Source: the human T2T-CHM13v2.0 reference genome, Homo sapiens. From it: a stretch of 64,000 nucleotides of DNA. Shown one piece after another: positions 41,803 to 55,144 of the stretch. The position numbers and the translations under genes were made by a program. The notes below the pieces were generated by a model. The model did not search any database. It worked only from the letters and a program-made list of their open reading frames with translations, and was not told the origin of the DNA. Position 1 is the first letter of the stretch. Each line of letters opens with the position of its first letter. The DNA is taken from assembly GCA_009914755.4 (NCBI GenBank), contig CP086569.2, positions 32,416,001-32,480,000 on the forward strand. Direction: 5' to 3'.

Positions 41803-44800
41803 GAATGGAAAGTAATCCAATGGAATAGAATCTAATGCAATAAAATCGACTCAGATAGAGTAGAATGTAATGGAATGGAGTGCAGTGCAATGGAATGGAA
41901 TGGAATTTAATGCAATGGAATGGAATGGAATGGAATGGGATGGAATGGTATGGAATGGATAGTAATGGACTGGAGTGAAATGGACTGGAAAGGAATGGAC
42001 TCAAATTGAAAGGGCACGAAAGGAATGGAGTCAAATGGAATGGTCTGGAATGGAATGAACACGAATGTAATGCAACCCAATAGAATGGAATCGAATGGCA
42101 TGGAATATAAAGAAATGGAATCGAAGAGAATGGAAACAAATGGAATGGAATTGAATGGAATGGGAACGAATGGAGTGAAATTGTATGCAGTAGAAGTGAA
42201 TAGAATGGAATGCAAGCGAAAGGAAAGGAATGGATTGGAATGGAATGGAATTCATTGGAATGGAAGGGAATGTAGTGTAATGGACAGGCCTGGAATAAAG
42301 TGGAATGCTACGGTCTCGAATGGAATAAAAATGTATGGAATGGAATGCAATGAAACGGAATCGAATGTCATAGAATGTAATGGAATGCAACAAAATGGAA
42401 TCCAAAATCATTGACTGGAAAGGCTGGGTGTCGAAAGGAATTGACTCCAATGGAATGGAATCGAATGGAATGGAAGTGAATAGAATCGAACTAAATCGAA
42501 TGGAATGGAATTGATAGGAACGGAATGGAAAGGAATGCAATGATTTGGCATGGAATGGAATCGAATGGCATCGAATGGAATGGAATGGAATGCAATGGAA
42601 TGGAATGTATTAGAATGGAATGAACTTTAATGGAATGTACTCGAATGGATTCGACTGGAATGGAATGTTCTGGAAGTGAATGGACTCCAATGGAATGGAT
42701 TCAAAAGGAATGGAATCGTACGGAATGGAATCTAATGGAATGGAATTAAATGGAAATGAATCAAATTGAATAGCACGGAATTGAATTGAATGGAATGGAA
42801 TGCAATGGAATCTAATGAAACGGAAAGGAAAGGAATGGAATGGAATGGAATGGGCTGGAATGGAAAGGAATCGAAACGAATGGAATGGAATCGAACTGAA
42901 GAGACTGGAATGGAATGCACTGGAATGGAAGGGAGTGTAATGGAAGGTTCTCGAAAAAAATGGAATCGAATGGAATGGAATTGAATGGAACGGAATAGAG
43001 TCGAATGGAATTGAATGGAATGGAATGGACTAGAGTGAAATGGAATCGAACCACAAGGAATGGACAGGAATAGAATGGTCTCGAATTGAATGGAATCGTA
43101 TGGAATGGCATCAAACGGAATGGAATGGACAGCCACGGAATGGAATGCACTCGAATGCAATGAAGTCGAAACTAACGGACTGGAATAGAATGGACTCGAC
43201 TGGTACGGACTCCAATGGAATGGAATCGAATGGAAGGGAATCGAACGGAAGGGAATCGAACGGAATGGACTCGAAGGGAAAAGACTGCAATGGAAAGGTC
43301 TCGAATGGAATGGAAATTAATGGAATGGAATGGAATCGAATGAAATGGAGTCAAAAGGAATGGAATCGAATGGCAAGAAATCGAATGTAATGGAATCGCA
43401 AGGAATTGATGTGAACGGAACGGAATGGAATGGAATCCAAAGGAATGGAATAGAATGGAATGGAATCGAATGGAAAGGACTCGAATGGAAATCACTCGAA
43501 TAGAATGCAATTTAATAAAATAGGATCAAATGTAATGGAATGGAATGGAAAGGAATCGAAACGAAAGGAATGGAGACAGATGGAATGGAATGGAACAGAG
43601 AGCAATGGTATAGAATGGAATGGAATCATCTGGAATGGAATTGAATGGAATGGAATAATATGAAATGGAATGGAATGGAATGGAATGGAATGCCCTTGAA
43701 TTAAATGGACTGGAATGGAATGGACTCAAACAGAGTGGAATGGAAAGTGTGGAGGTAGAATGGAATGAACTCCTTTGGAATGGACTAGTAGGCAATGCAA
43801 TCGACTGGCAGGGAATCAAAAGGAATGTAATCGAATGGATTGGACTGGAATGCAATGGACTCGAATAGATTGGAAACGGAATGCAAAGAATGGAATGGAA
43901 TAGTATGGAATGGAATGGAAAGGAGTGGAGTGGAATAGACTAGAGTGGAATGGAATGGACTGGAAAGCAATGGACTGGAATGGAACTTTCTTGAATGGAC
44001 TGGAATCAAACGGAATGGAATGCAATGCAATCAAATGGCATGGAATAAAATAGAATGAAAGAGAATCAAATGGAATTGAATCGAATGGAATCGAATGGAT
44101 TGGAAAGGAATAGAATGGAATGGAATGGAATTGACTCAAATGGAATGGACTAGAATGGAATGGATTCGAATGGAAGGCAAAGGAATGGAATCTATTGGAA
44201 TGGACTGTAATGGAATGGAATGGAAGGGATTGGAATGGACTCGAATGGAATGGACTGCAATAGAAAGGATTCGAATGGAATGAAAAAGAATTGAATGGAA
44301 TAGAACAGAATGGAATCAAATCGAATGAAATGGAATGGAATAGAAAGGAATGGAATGAAATGGAATGGAAAGGATTCGAATGGAATGCAATCGAATGGAA
44401 TGGAATCGAACGGAATGGAATAAAATGGAAGAAAACTGGCAAGAAATGGAATCGAAATGAATGGAGTGTTATGGAACGGACTCAAAAGGAATTGAATGTA
44501 ATAGAATGGAGTGGAGTGGACTCGAATATAATGGACTGGAATGGAATGAAATCACATGGAATGGGAACGAATGGAATGGAATGGAAAGGAATGGAATCGA
44601 ATGGAAAGGAATCGAATGGAAGGGAATGAAATTGAATCAACAGGAATGGAAGGGAATAGAATAGACGGTAATGGAATGGACTCGAATAGAATGGACACGA
44701 ATGCTCAAATTGAATGGACTCGAATGGAATGGAAACGAAAGGAATGTCATCGAATGGAATTGAATCGATTGGAATGAAATCGCATAGAATGGAGTGGAAT

Positions 44801-45345
44801 CAAATGGAATTGAATCGAAAGGAAAGGAAGCGAATGGACTGAAATGAAATGGAATGGAATTGAATGGAAAGTAATGCAATGGAATAGAATGGAACGAAAT
44901 TTCACGGAATGGAATCAAACTGAATGGAATCAAATCAATGGAATCAAATCAAATGGAATGGAAAGGAATTGAATGGAGTAGATTGGATTGGATGGGATTG
45001 GAATGAAATGTACTGGAAAGGACTCGAATTTCATGAAACGGAATGGAATGAATTGGAACGGAATGGACTCGAATGGAATGGAATGTCATGGAATGGTATC
45101 AAATGGAATGCCATCAAATGGAATGGAATCGAATGCAATGGAATGTTATGGAATGGAATGGAATGCATTGGAATGGAATGTCCTCTAATGGAATGGATTC
45201 GAGTGGAATGGAATCGAATATAATGGAGTCGAATGAAATGGAATTGAAAGGAATGGGATCGAATACAATGGAATATACTGGAATGTAATGTAATGAACTC
45301 GAATGTAATTGACTGGAATGGAATGTACATGAATGGAATGTAATC
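41803..45345. repeat. HOR unit 13 (3543 bp), subtype 'B', near-identical to unit 2
   Basis: Landmark at 41803. The 109-aa minus ORF 43526-43855 is identical to 5272-5601 in unit 2. MKSKLTD variant as in units 1–3. Confidence 0.85.
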
Positions 45346-48300
45346 GAATGGAAAGTAATCCAATGGAATAGAATCTAATGCAATAAAACCGACTCAGATA
45401 GAGTAGAATGTAATGGAATGGAGTGCAGTGCAATGAAATGGAATGGAATTGAATGCAATGGAATGGAATGGAATGGAATGGAATGGAATGGAATGGAATT
45501 GGATGGAATGGTATGGAATGGATAGTAATGGACTGGAGTGAAATGGACTGGAAAGGAATGGACTCAAATTGAAAGGTCTCGAAAGGAATGGAGTCAAATG
45601 GAATGGTCTGGAATGGAATGAACACGAATGTAATGCAATCCAATAGAATGGAATCGAATGGCATGGAATATAAAGAAATGGAATCGAAGAGAATGGAAAC
45701 AAATGGAATGGAATTGAATGGAATGGAATTGAATGGAATGGGAACGAATGGAGTGAAATTGTATGCAGTAGAAGGGAATAGAATGGAATGCAAGCGAAAG
45801 GAAAGGAATGGATTGGAATGGAATGGAATTCATTGGAATGGAAGGGAATGTAGTGTAATGGACAGGCCTGGAATAAAGTGGAATGCTACGGTCTCGAATG
45901 GAATAAAAATGTATGGAATGGAATGCAATGAAACGGAATCGAATGTCATAGAATGTAATGGAATGCAAAAAAATGGAATCCAAAATCATTGACTGGAAAG
46001 GCTGGGTGTCGAAAGGAATTGACTCCAATGGAATGGAATCGAATGGAATGGAAGTGAATAGAATCGAACTAAATCGAATGGAATGGAATTGATAGGAACG
46101 GAATGGAAAGGAATGCAATGATTTGGCATGGAATGGAATCGAATGGCATCGAATGGAATGGAATGGAATGCAATGGAATGGAATGTATTAGAATGGAATG
46201 AACTTTAATGGAATGTACTCGAATGGATTCGACTGGAATGGAATGTTCTGGAAGTGAATGGACTCCAATGGAATGGATTCAAAAGGAATGGAATCGTACG
46301 GAATGGAATCTAATGGAATGGAATTAAATGGAAATGAATCAAATTGAATAGCACGGAATTGAATTGAATGGAATGGAATGCAATGGAATCTAATGAAACG
46401 GAAAGGAAAGGAATGGAATGGAATGGAATGGGCTGGAATGGAAAGGAATCGAAACGAATGGAATGGAATCGAACTGAAGAGACTGGAATGGAATGCACTG
46501 GAATGGAAGGGAGTGTAATGGAAGGTTCTCGAAAAAAATGGAATCGAATGGAATGCAATTGAATGGAACGGAGTAGAGCCGAATGCAATTGAATGGAATG
46601 GAATGGACTAGAGTGAAATGGAATCGAACCACAAGGAATGGACAGGAATAGAATGGTCTCGAATTGAATGGAATCGTATGGAATGGCATCAAACGGAATG
46701 GAATGGACAGCCACGGAATGGAATGCACTCGAATGCAATGGAGTCGAATCTAATGGACTGGAATAGAATGGACTCGACTGGTACGGACTCCAATGGAATG
46801 GAATCGAATGGAAGGGAATCGAACGGAAGGGAATCGAATGGAATGGACTCGAAGGGAAAAGACTGTAATGGAAAGGTCTCGAATGGAATGGAAATTAATG
46901 GAATGGAATGGAATCGAATGAAATGGAGGCAAAAGGAATGGAATCGAATGGCAAGAAATCGAATGTAATGGAATCGCAAGGAATTGATGTGAACGGAACG
47001 GAATGGAATGGAATCCAAAGGAATGGAATAGAATGGAATGGAATCGAATGGAAAGGACTCGAATGGAAATCACTCGAATAGAATGCAATTTAATAAAATA
47101 GGATCAAATGTAATGGAATGGAATGGAAAGGAATCGAAACGAAAGGAATGGAGACAGATGGAATGGAATGGAACAGAGAGCAATGGTATAGAACGGAATG
47201 GAATCATCTGGAATGGAATTGAATGGAATGGAATAATATGAAATGGAAAGGAATGAAATGGAATGCCCTTGAATTAAATGGACTACAATGGGAATGGACT
47301 CGAACAGAGTGGAATGGAAAGTGTTGAAATAGAATGGAATTGACTCCTTTGGAATGGTGTAGTATGCAATGCAATCGACTGGCAGGGAATCAAAAGGAAT
47401 GTAATCGAATGGATTGGACTGGAATGCAATGGACTCGAATAGATTGGAAACGGAATGCAAAGGAATGGAATGGAATAGTATGGAATGGAATGGAAAGGAA
47501 TGGAGTGGAATAGACTAGAGTGGAATGGAATGGACTGGAAAGCAATGGACTGGAATGGAACTTTCTTGAATGGACTGGAATCAAACGGAATGGAATGCAA
47601 TGCAATCAAATGGCATGGAATAAAATAGAATGAAAGAGAATCAAATGGAATTGAATCGAATGGAATCGAATGGATTGGAAAGGAATAGAATGGAATGGAA
47701 TGGAATGGACTCAAATGGAATGTACTAGAATGGAATGGATTCGAATGGAAGGCAAAGGAATGGAATCTATTGGAATGGACTGTAATGGAATGGAATGGAA
47801 GGGATTGGAATGGACTCGAATGGAATGGACTGCAATAGAAAGGATTCGAATGGAATGAAAAAGAATTGAATGGAATAGAACAGAATGGAATCAAATCGAA
47901 TGAAATGGAATGGAATAGAAAGGAATGGAATGAAATGGAATGGAAAGGATTCGAATGGAATGCAATCGAATGGAATGGAATCGAACGGAATGGAATAAAA
48001 TGGAAGAAAACTGGCAAGAAATGGAATCGAAGTGAATGGAGTGTTATGGAACGGACTCAAAAGGAATTGAATGTAATAGAATGGAGTGGAGTGGACTCGA
48101 ATATAATGGACTGGAATGGAATGAAATCACATGGAATGGGAACGAATGGAATGGAATGGAAAGGAATGGAATCGAATGGAAAGGAATCGAATGGAAGGGA
48201 ATGAAATTGAATCAACAGGAATGGAAGGGAATAGAATAGACGGTAATGGAATGGACTCGAATAGAATGGACACGAATGCTCAAATTAAATGGACTCGAAT

Positions 48301-48920
48301 GGAATGGAAACGAAAGGAATGTCATCGAATGGAATTGAATCGATTGGAATGAAATCGCATAGAATGGAGTGGAATCAAATGGAATTGAATCGAAAGGAAA
48401 GGAAGCGAATGGACTGAAATGAAATGGAATGGAATTGAATGGAAAGTAACGCAATGGAATAGAATGGAACGAAATTTCACGGAATGGAATCAAACTGAAT
48501 GGAATCAAATCAATGGAATCAAATCAAATGGAATGGAAAGGAATTGAATGGAGTAGATGGGATTGGATGGGATTGGAATGAAATGTACTGGAAAGGACTC
48601 GAATTTCATGAAACGGAATGGAATGAATTGGAAAGGAATGGACTCGAATGGAATGGAATGTCATGGGATGGCATCAAATGGAATGGCATCAAATGGAATG
48701 GAATCGAATGCAATGGAATGCTATGGAATGGAATGGAATGCATTGGAATGGAATGTCCTCTAATGGAATGGATTCGAGTGGAATGGAATTGAATATAATG
48801 GAGTCGAATGAAATGGAATTGAAAGGAATGGGATCGAATACAATGGAATATACTGGAATGTAACGTAATGAACTCGAATGTAATTGACTGGAATGGAATG
48901 TACATGAATGGAATGTAATC
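45346..48920. repeat. HOR unit 14 (3575 bp), diverged variant
   Basis: Landmark at 45346. Several private changes: NVMQSNRM, QLHSALLRSIQLHS, and an unusual 109-aa minus ORF at 46689-47018 in another frame (indel). Confidence 0.8.
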
Positions 48921-51591
48921 GAATGGAAAGTAATCCAATGGAATAGAATCTAATGCAATAAAATCGACTCAGATAGAGTAGAATGTAATGGAATGGAGTG
49001 CAGTGCAATGGAATGGAATGGAATGGAATGCAATGGAATGGAATGGAATGGAATGGAATGGAATGGAATGGAATGGAATGGGATGGAATGGTATGGAATG
49101 GATAGTAATGGACTGGAGTGAAATGGACTGGAAAGGAATGGACTCAAATTGAAAGGGCTCGAAAGGAATGGAGTCAAATGGAATGGTCTGGAATGGAATG
49201 AACACGAATGTAATGCAACCCAATAGAATGGAATCGAATGGCATGGAATATAAAGAAATGGAATCGAAGAGAATGGAAACAAATGGAATGGAATTGAATG
49301 GAATGGAATTGAATGGAATGGGAACGAATGGAGTGAAATTGTATGCAGTAGAAGAGAATAGAATGGAATGCAAGCGAAAGGAAAGGAATGGATTGGAATG
49401 GAATGGAATTCATTGGAATGGAAGGGAATGTAGTGTAATGGACAGGCCTGGAATAAAGTGGAATGCTACGGTCTCGAATGGAATAAAAATGTATGGAATG
49501 GAATGCAATGAAACGGAATCGAATGTCATAGAATGTAATGGAATGCAAAAAAATGGAATCCAAAATCATTGACTGGAAAGGCTGGGTGTCGAAAGGAATT
49601 GACTCCAATGGAATGGAATCGAATGGAATGGAAGTGAATAGAATCGAACTAAATCGAATGGAATGGAATTGATAGGAACGGAATGGAAAGGAATGCAATG
49701 ATTTGGCATGGAATGGAATCGAATGGCATCGAATGGAATGGAATGGAATGCAATGGAATGGAATGTATTAGAATGGAATGAACTTTAATGGAATGTACTC
49801 GAATGGATTCGACTGGAATGGAATGTTCTGGAAGTGAATGGACTCCAATGGAATGGATTCAAAAGGAATGGAATCGTACGGAATGGAATCTAATGGAATG
49901 GAATTAAATGGAAATGAATCAAATTGAATAGCACGGAATTGAATTGAATGGAATGGAATGCAATGGAATCTAATGAAACGGAAAGGAAAGGAATGGAATG
50001 GAATGGAATGGGCTGGAATGGAAAGGAATCGAAACGAATGGAATGGAATCGAACTGAAGAGACTGGAATGGAATGCACTGGAATGGAAGGGAGTGTAATG
50101 GAAGGTTCTCGAAAAAAATGGAATCGAATGGAATGGAATTGAATGGAACGGAATAGAGTCGAATGGAATTGAATGGAATGGAATGGACTAGAGTGAAATG
50201 GAATCGAACCACAAGGAATGGACAGGAATAGAATGGTCTCGAATTGAATGGAATCGTATGGAATGGCATCAAACGGAATGGAATGGACAGCCACGGAATG
50301 GAATGCACTCGAATGCAATGGAGTCGAAACTAACGGACTGGAATAGAATGGACTCGATTGGTACGGACTCCAATGGAATGGAATCGAATGGAAGGGAATC
50401 GAACGGAAGGGAATCGAACGGAATGGACTCGAAGGGAAAAGACTGCAATGGAAAGGTCTCGAATGGAATGGAAATTAATGGAATGGAATGGAATCGAATG
50501 AAATGGAGTCAAAAGGAATGGAATCGAATGGCAAGAAATCGAATGTAATGGAATCGCAAGGAATTGATGTGAACGGAACGGAATGGAATGGAATCCAAAG
50601 GAATGGAATAGAATGGAATGGAATCGAATGGAAAGGACTCGAATGGAAATCACTCGAATAGAATGCAATTTAATAAAATAGGATCAAATGTAATAGAATG
50701 GAATGGAAAGGAATCGAAACGGAAGGAATGGAGACAGATGGAATGGAATGGAACAGAGAGCAATGGTATAGAATGGAATGGAATCATCTGGAATGGAATT
50801 GAATGGAATGGAATAATATGAAATGGAATGGAATGGAATGGAATGGAATGCCCTTGAATTAAATGGACTGGACTCGAACAGAGTGGAATGGAAAGTGTTG
50901 AGATAGAATGGAATGGACTCCTTTGGAATGGTCTAGTATGCAATGCAATCGACTGGCAGGGAATCAAAAGGAATGTAATCGAATGGATTGGACTGGAATG
51001 CAATGGACTCGAATAGATTGGAAACGGAATGCAAAGGAATGGAATGGAATAGTATGGAATGCAATGGAAGGGAATGGAGTGGAATAGACTAGAGTGGAAT
51101 GGAATGGACTGGAAAGCAATGGACTGGAATGGAACTTTCTTGGATGGATGGGAATCAAACGGAATGGAATGCAATGCAATCAAATGGCATGGAATAAAAT
51201 AGAATGAAAGAGAATCAAATGGAATTGAATCGAATGGAATCGAATGGATTGGAAAGGAATAGAATGGAATGGAATGGAATTGACTCAAATGGAATGGACT
51301 AGAATGGAATGGATTCGAATGGAATGGAATGTCATGGAATGGCATCAAATGGAATGGCATCAAATGGAATGGAATCGAATGCAATGGAATGCTATGGAAT
51401 GGAATGGAATGCATTGGAATGGAATGTCCTCTAATGGAATGGATTCGAGTGGAATGGAATTGAATATAATGGAGTCGAATGAAATGGAATTGAAAGGAAT
51501 GGGATCGAATACAATGGAATATACTGGAATGTAACGTAATGAACTCGAATGTAATTGACTGGAATGGAATGTACATGAATGGAATGTAATC
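48921..51591. repeat. Truncated HOR unit 15 (2671 bp) with the same ~0.9 kb deletion as unit 4
   Basis: Landmark at 48921 and next at 51592. The 96-aa fusion ORF at 51244-51534 and the 319-aa minus ORF at 50650-51609 are nearly identical to those of unit 4. Shared private markers: SIGTDS, NVIEWNG, RLIPIHPRKFH, FYWIALHSC. Confidence 0.85.
51312..51332. other. Deletion junction of truncated unit 15 (identical to the unit 4 junction)
   Basis: Same junction string and same g>a SNP ('gtcatggaatggcatc') as at 13005-13025. Confidence 0.75.
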
Positions 51592-54500
51592 GAATGGAAA
51601 GTAATCCAATGGAATAGAATCTAATGCAATAAAATCGACTCAGATAGAGTAGAATGTAATGGAATGGAGTGCAGTGCAATGGAATGGAATGGAATGGAAT
51701 GCAATGGAATGGAATGGAATGGAATGGAATGGAATGGAATGGAATGGAATGGGATGGAATGGTATGGAATGGATAGTAATGGACTGGAGTGAAATGGACT
51801 GGAAAGGAATGGACTCAAATTGAAAGGGCTCGAAAGGAATGGAGTCAAATGGAATGGTCTGGAATGGAATGAACACGAATGTAATGCAATCCAATAGAAT
51901 GGAATCGAATGGCATGGAATATAAAGAAATGGAATCGAAGAGAATGGAAACAAATGGAATGGAATTGAATGGAATGGAATTGAATGGAATGTGAACGAAT
52001 GGAGTGAAATTGTATGCAGTAGAAGAGAATAGAATGGAATGCAAGCGAAAGGAAAGGAATGGATTGGAATGGAATGGAATTCATTGGAATGGAAGGGAAT
52101 GTAGTGTAATGGACAGGCCTGGAATAAAGTGGAATGCTACGGTCTCGAATGGAATAAAAATGTATGGAATGGAATGCAATGAAACGGAATCGAATGTCAT
52201 AGAATGTAATGGAATGCAAAGAAATGGAATCCAAAATCATTGACTGGAAAGGCTGGGTGTCGAAAGGAATTGACTCCAATGGAATGGAATCGAATGGAAT
52301 GGAAGTGAATAGAATCGAACTAAATCGAATGGAATGGAATTGATAGGAACGGAATGGAAAGGAATGCAATGATTTGGCATGGAATGGAATCGAATGGCAT
52401 CGAATGGAATGGAATGGAATGCAATGGAATGGAATGTATTAGAATGTAATGAACTTTAATGGAATGTACTCGAATGGATTCGACTGGAATGGAATGTTCT
52501 GGAAGTGAATGGACTCCAATGGAATGGATTCAAAAGGAATGGAATCGTACGGAATGGAATCTAATGGAATGGAATTAAATGGAAATGAATCAAATTGAAT
52601 AGCACGGAATTGAATTGAATGGAATGGAATGCAATGGAATCTAATGAAACGGAAAGGAAAGGAATGGAATGGAATGGAATGGACTGGAATGGAAAGGAAT
52701 CGAAACGAATGGAATGGAATCGAACTGAAGAGACTGGAATGGAATGCACTGGAATGGAAGGGAGTGTAATGGAAGGTTGTCGAAAAAAATGGAATCGAAT
52801 GGAATGGAATTGAATGGAACGGAATAGAGTCGAATGGAATTGAATGGAATGGAATGGACTAGAGTGAAATGGAATCGAACCTCAAGGAATGGACAGGAAT
52901 AGAATGGTCTCGAATTGAATGGAATCGTATGGAATGGCATCAAACGGAATGGAATGGACAGCCACGGAATGGAATGCACTCGAATGCAATGGAGTCGAAA
53001 CTAATGGACTGGAATAGAATGGACTCGACTGGTACGGACTCCAATGGAATGGAATCGAATGGAAGGGAATCGAACGGAAGGGAATCGAACGGAATGGACT
53101 CGAAGGGAAAAGACTGCAATAGAAAGGTCTCGAATGGAATGGAAATTAATGGAATGGAATGGAATCGAATGAAATGGAGTCAAAAGGAATGGAATCGAAT
53201 GGCAAGAAATGGAATGTAATGGAATCGCCAGGAATTGATGTGAACGGAGCGGAATGGAATGGAATCCAAAGGAATGGAATAGAATGGAATGGAATCGAAT
53301 GGAAAGGACTCGAATGGAAATCACTCGAATAGAATGCAATTTAATAAAATAGGATCAAATGTAATGGAATGGAATGGAAAGGAATCGAAACGAAAGGAAT
53401 GGAGACAGATGGAATGGAATGGAACAGAGAGCAATGGTATAGAATGGAATGGAATCATCTGGAATGGAATTGAATGGAATGGAATGGAATGCCCTTGAAT
53501 TAAATGGACTGGAATGGAATGGACTCAAACAGAGTGGAATGGAAAGTGTTGAGATAGAATGGAATGAACTCCTTTGGAATGGTCTAGTAGGCAATGCAAT
53601 CGACTGGCAGGGAATCAAAAGGAATGTAATCGAATGGATTGGACTGGAATGCAATGGACTCGAATAGATTGGAAACGGAATGCAAAGGAATGGAATGGAA
53701 TAGTATGGAATGGAATGGAAAGGAATGGAGTGGAATAGACTAGAGTGGAATGGAATGGACTGGAAAGCAATGGACTGGAATGGAACTTTCTTGAATGGAC
53801 TGGAATCAAACGGAATGGAATGCAATGCAATCAAATGGCATGGAATAAAATAGAATGAAAGAGAATCAAATGGAATTGAATCGAATGGAATCGAATGGAT
53901 TGGAAAGGAATAGAACGGAATGGAATGGAATTGACTCAAATGGAATGGACTAGAATGGAATGGATTCGAATGGAAGACAAAGGAATGGAATCTATTGGAA
54001 TGGACTGTAATGGAATGGAATGGAAGGGATTGGAATGGACTCGAATGGAATGGACTGCAATAGAAAGGATTCGAATGGAATGAAAAAGAATTGAATGGAA
54101 TAGAACAGAATGGAATCAAATCGAATGAAATGGAATGGAATAGAAAGGAATGGAATGAAATGGAATGAAAAGGATTCGAATGGAATGCAATCGAATGGAA
54201 TGGAATCGAACGGAATGGAATAAAATGGAAGAAAACTGGCAATAAATGGAATCGAAATGAATGGAGTGTTATGGAACGGACTCAAAAGGAATTGAATGTA
54301 ATAGAATGGAGTGGAGTGGACTCGAATATAATGGACTGGAATGGAATGAAATCACATGGAATGGGAACGAATGGAATGGAATGGAAAGGAATGGAATCGA
54401 ATGGAAAGGAATCGAATGGAGGGAATGAAATTGAATCAACAGGAATGGAAGGGAATAGAATAGACGGTAATGGAATGGACTCGAATAGAATGGACACGAA

Positions 54501-55144
54501 TGCTCAAATTGAATGGACTCGAATGGAATGGAAACGAAAGGAATGTCATCGAATGGAATTGAATCGATTGGAATGAAATCGCATAGAATGGAGTGGAATC
54601 AAATGGAATTGAATCGAAAGGAAAGGAAGCGAATGGACTGAAATGAAATGGAATGGAATTGAATGGAAAGTAATGCAATGGAATAGAATGGAACGAAATT
54701 TCACGGAATGGAATCAAACTGAATGGAATCAAATCAATGGAATCAAATCAAATGGAATGGAAAGGAATTGAATGGAGTAGATTGGATTGGATGGGATTGG
54801 AATGAAATGTACTGGAAAGGACTCGAATTTCATGAAACGGAATGGAATGAATTGGAACGGAATGGACTCGAATGGAATGGAATGTCATGGGATGGCATCA
54901 AATGGAATGGCATCAAATGGAATGGAATCGAATGCAATGGAATGCTATGGAATGGAATGGAATGCATTGGAATGGAATGTCCTCTAATGGAATGGATTCG
55001 AGTGGAATGGAATTGAATATAATGGAGTCGAATGAAATGGAATTGAAAAGAATGGGATCGAATACAATGGAATATACTGGAATGTAACGTAATGAACTCG
55101 AATGTAATTGACTGGAATGGAATGTACATGAATGGAATGTAATC
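51592..55144. repeat. HOR unit 16 (3553 bp) with several small indels
   Basis: Landmark at 51592. About 27 bp are missing near 53480 ('aatatgaaatggaatgg...' absent before 'gaatgcccttg'). A 1-bp deletion near 54420 ('ggaggg' versus 'ggaaggg') fuses two frames into a 101-aa ORF. Confidence 0.8.
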
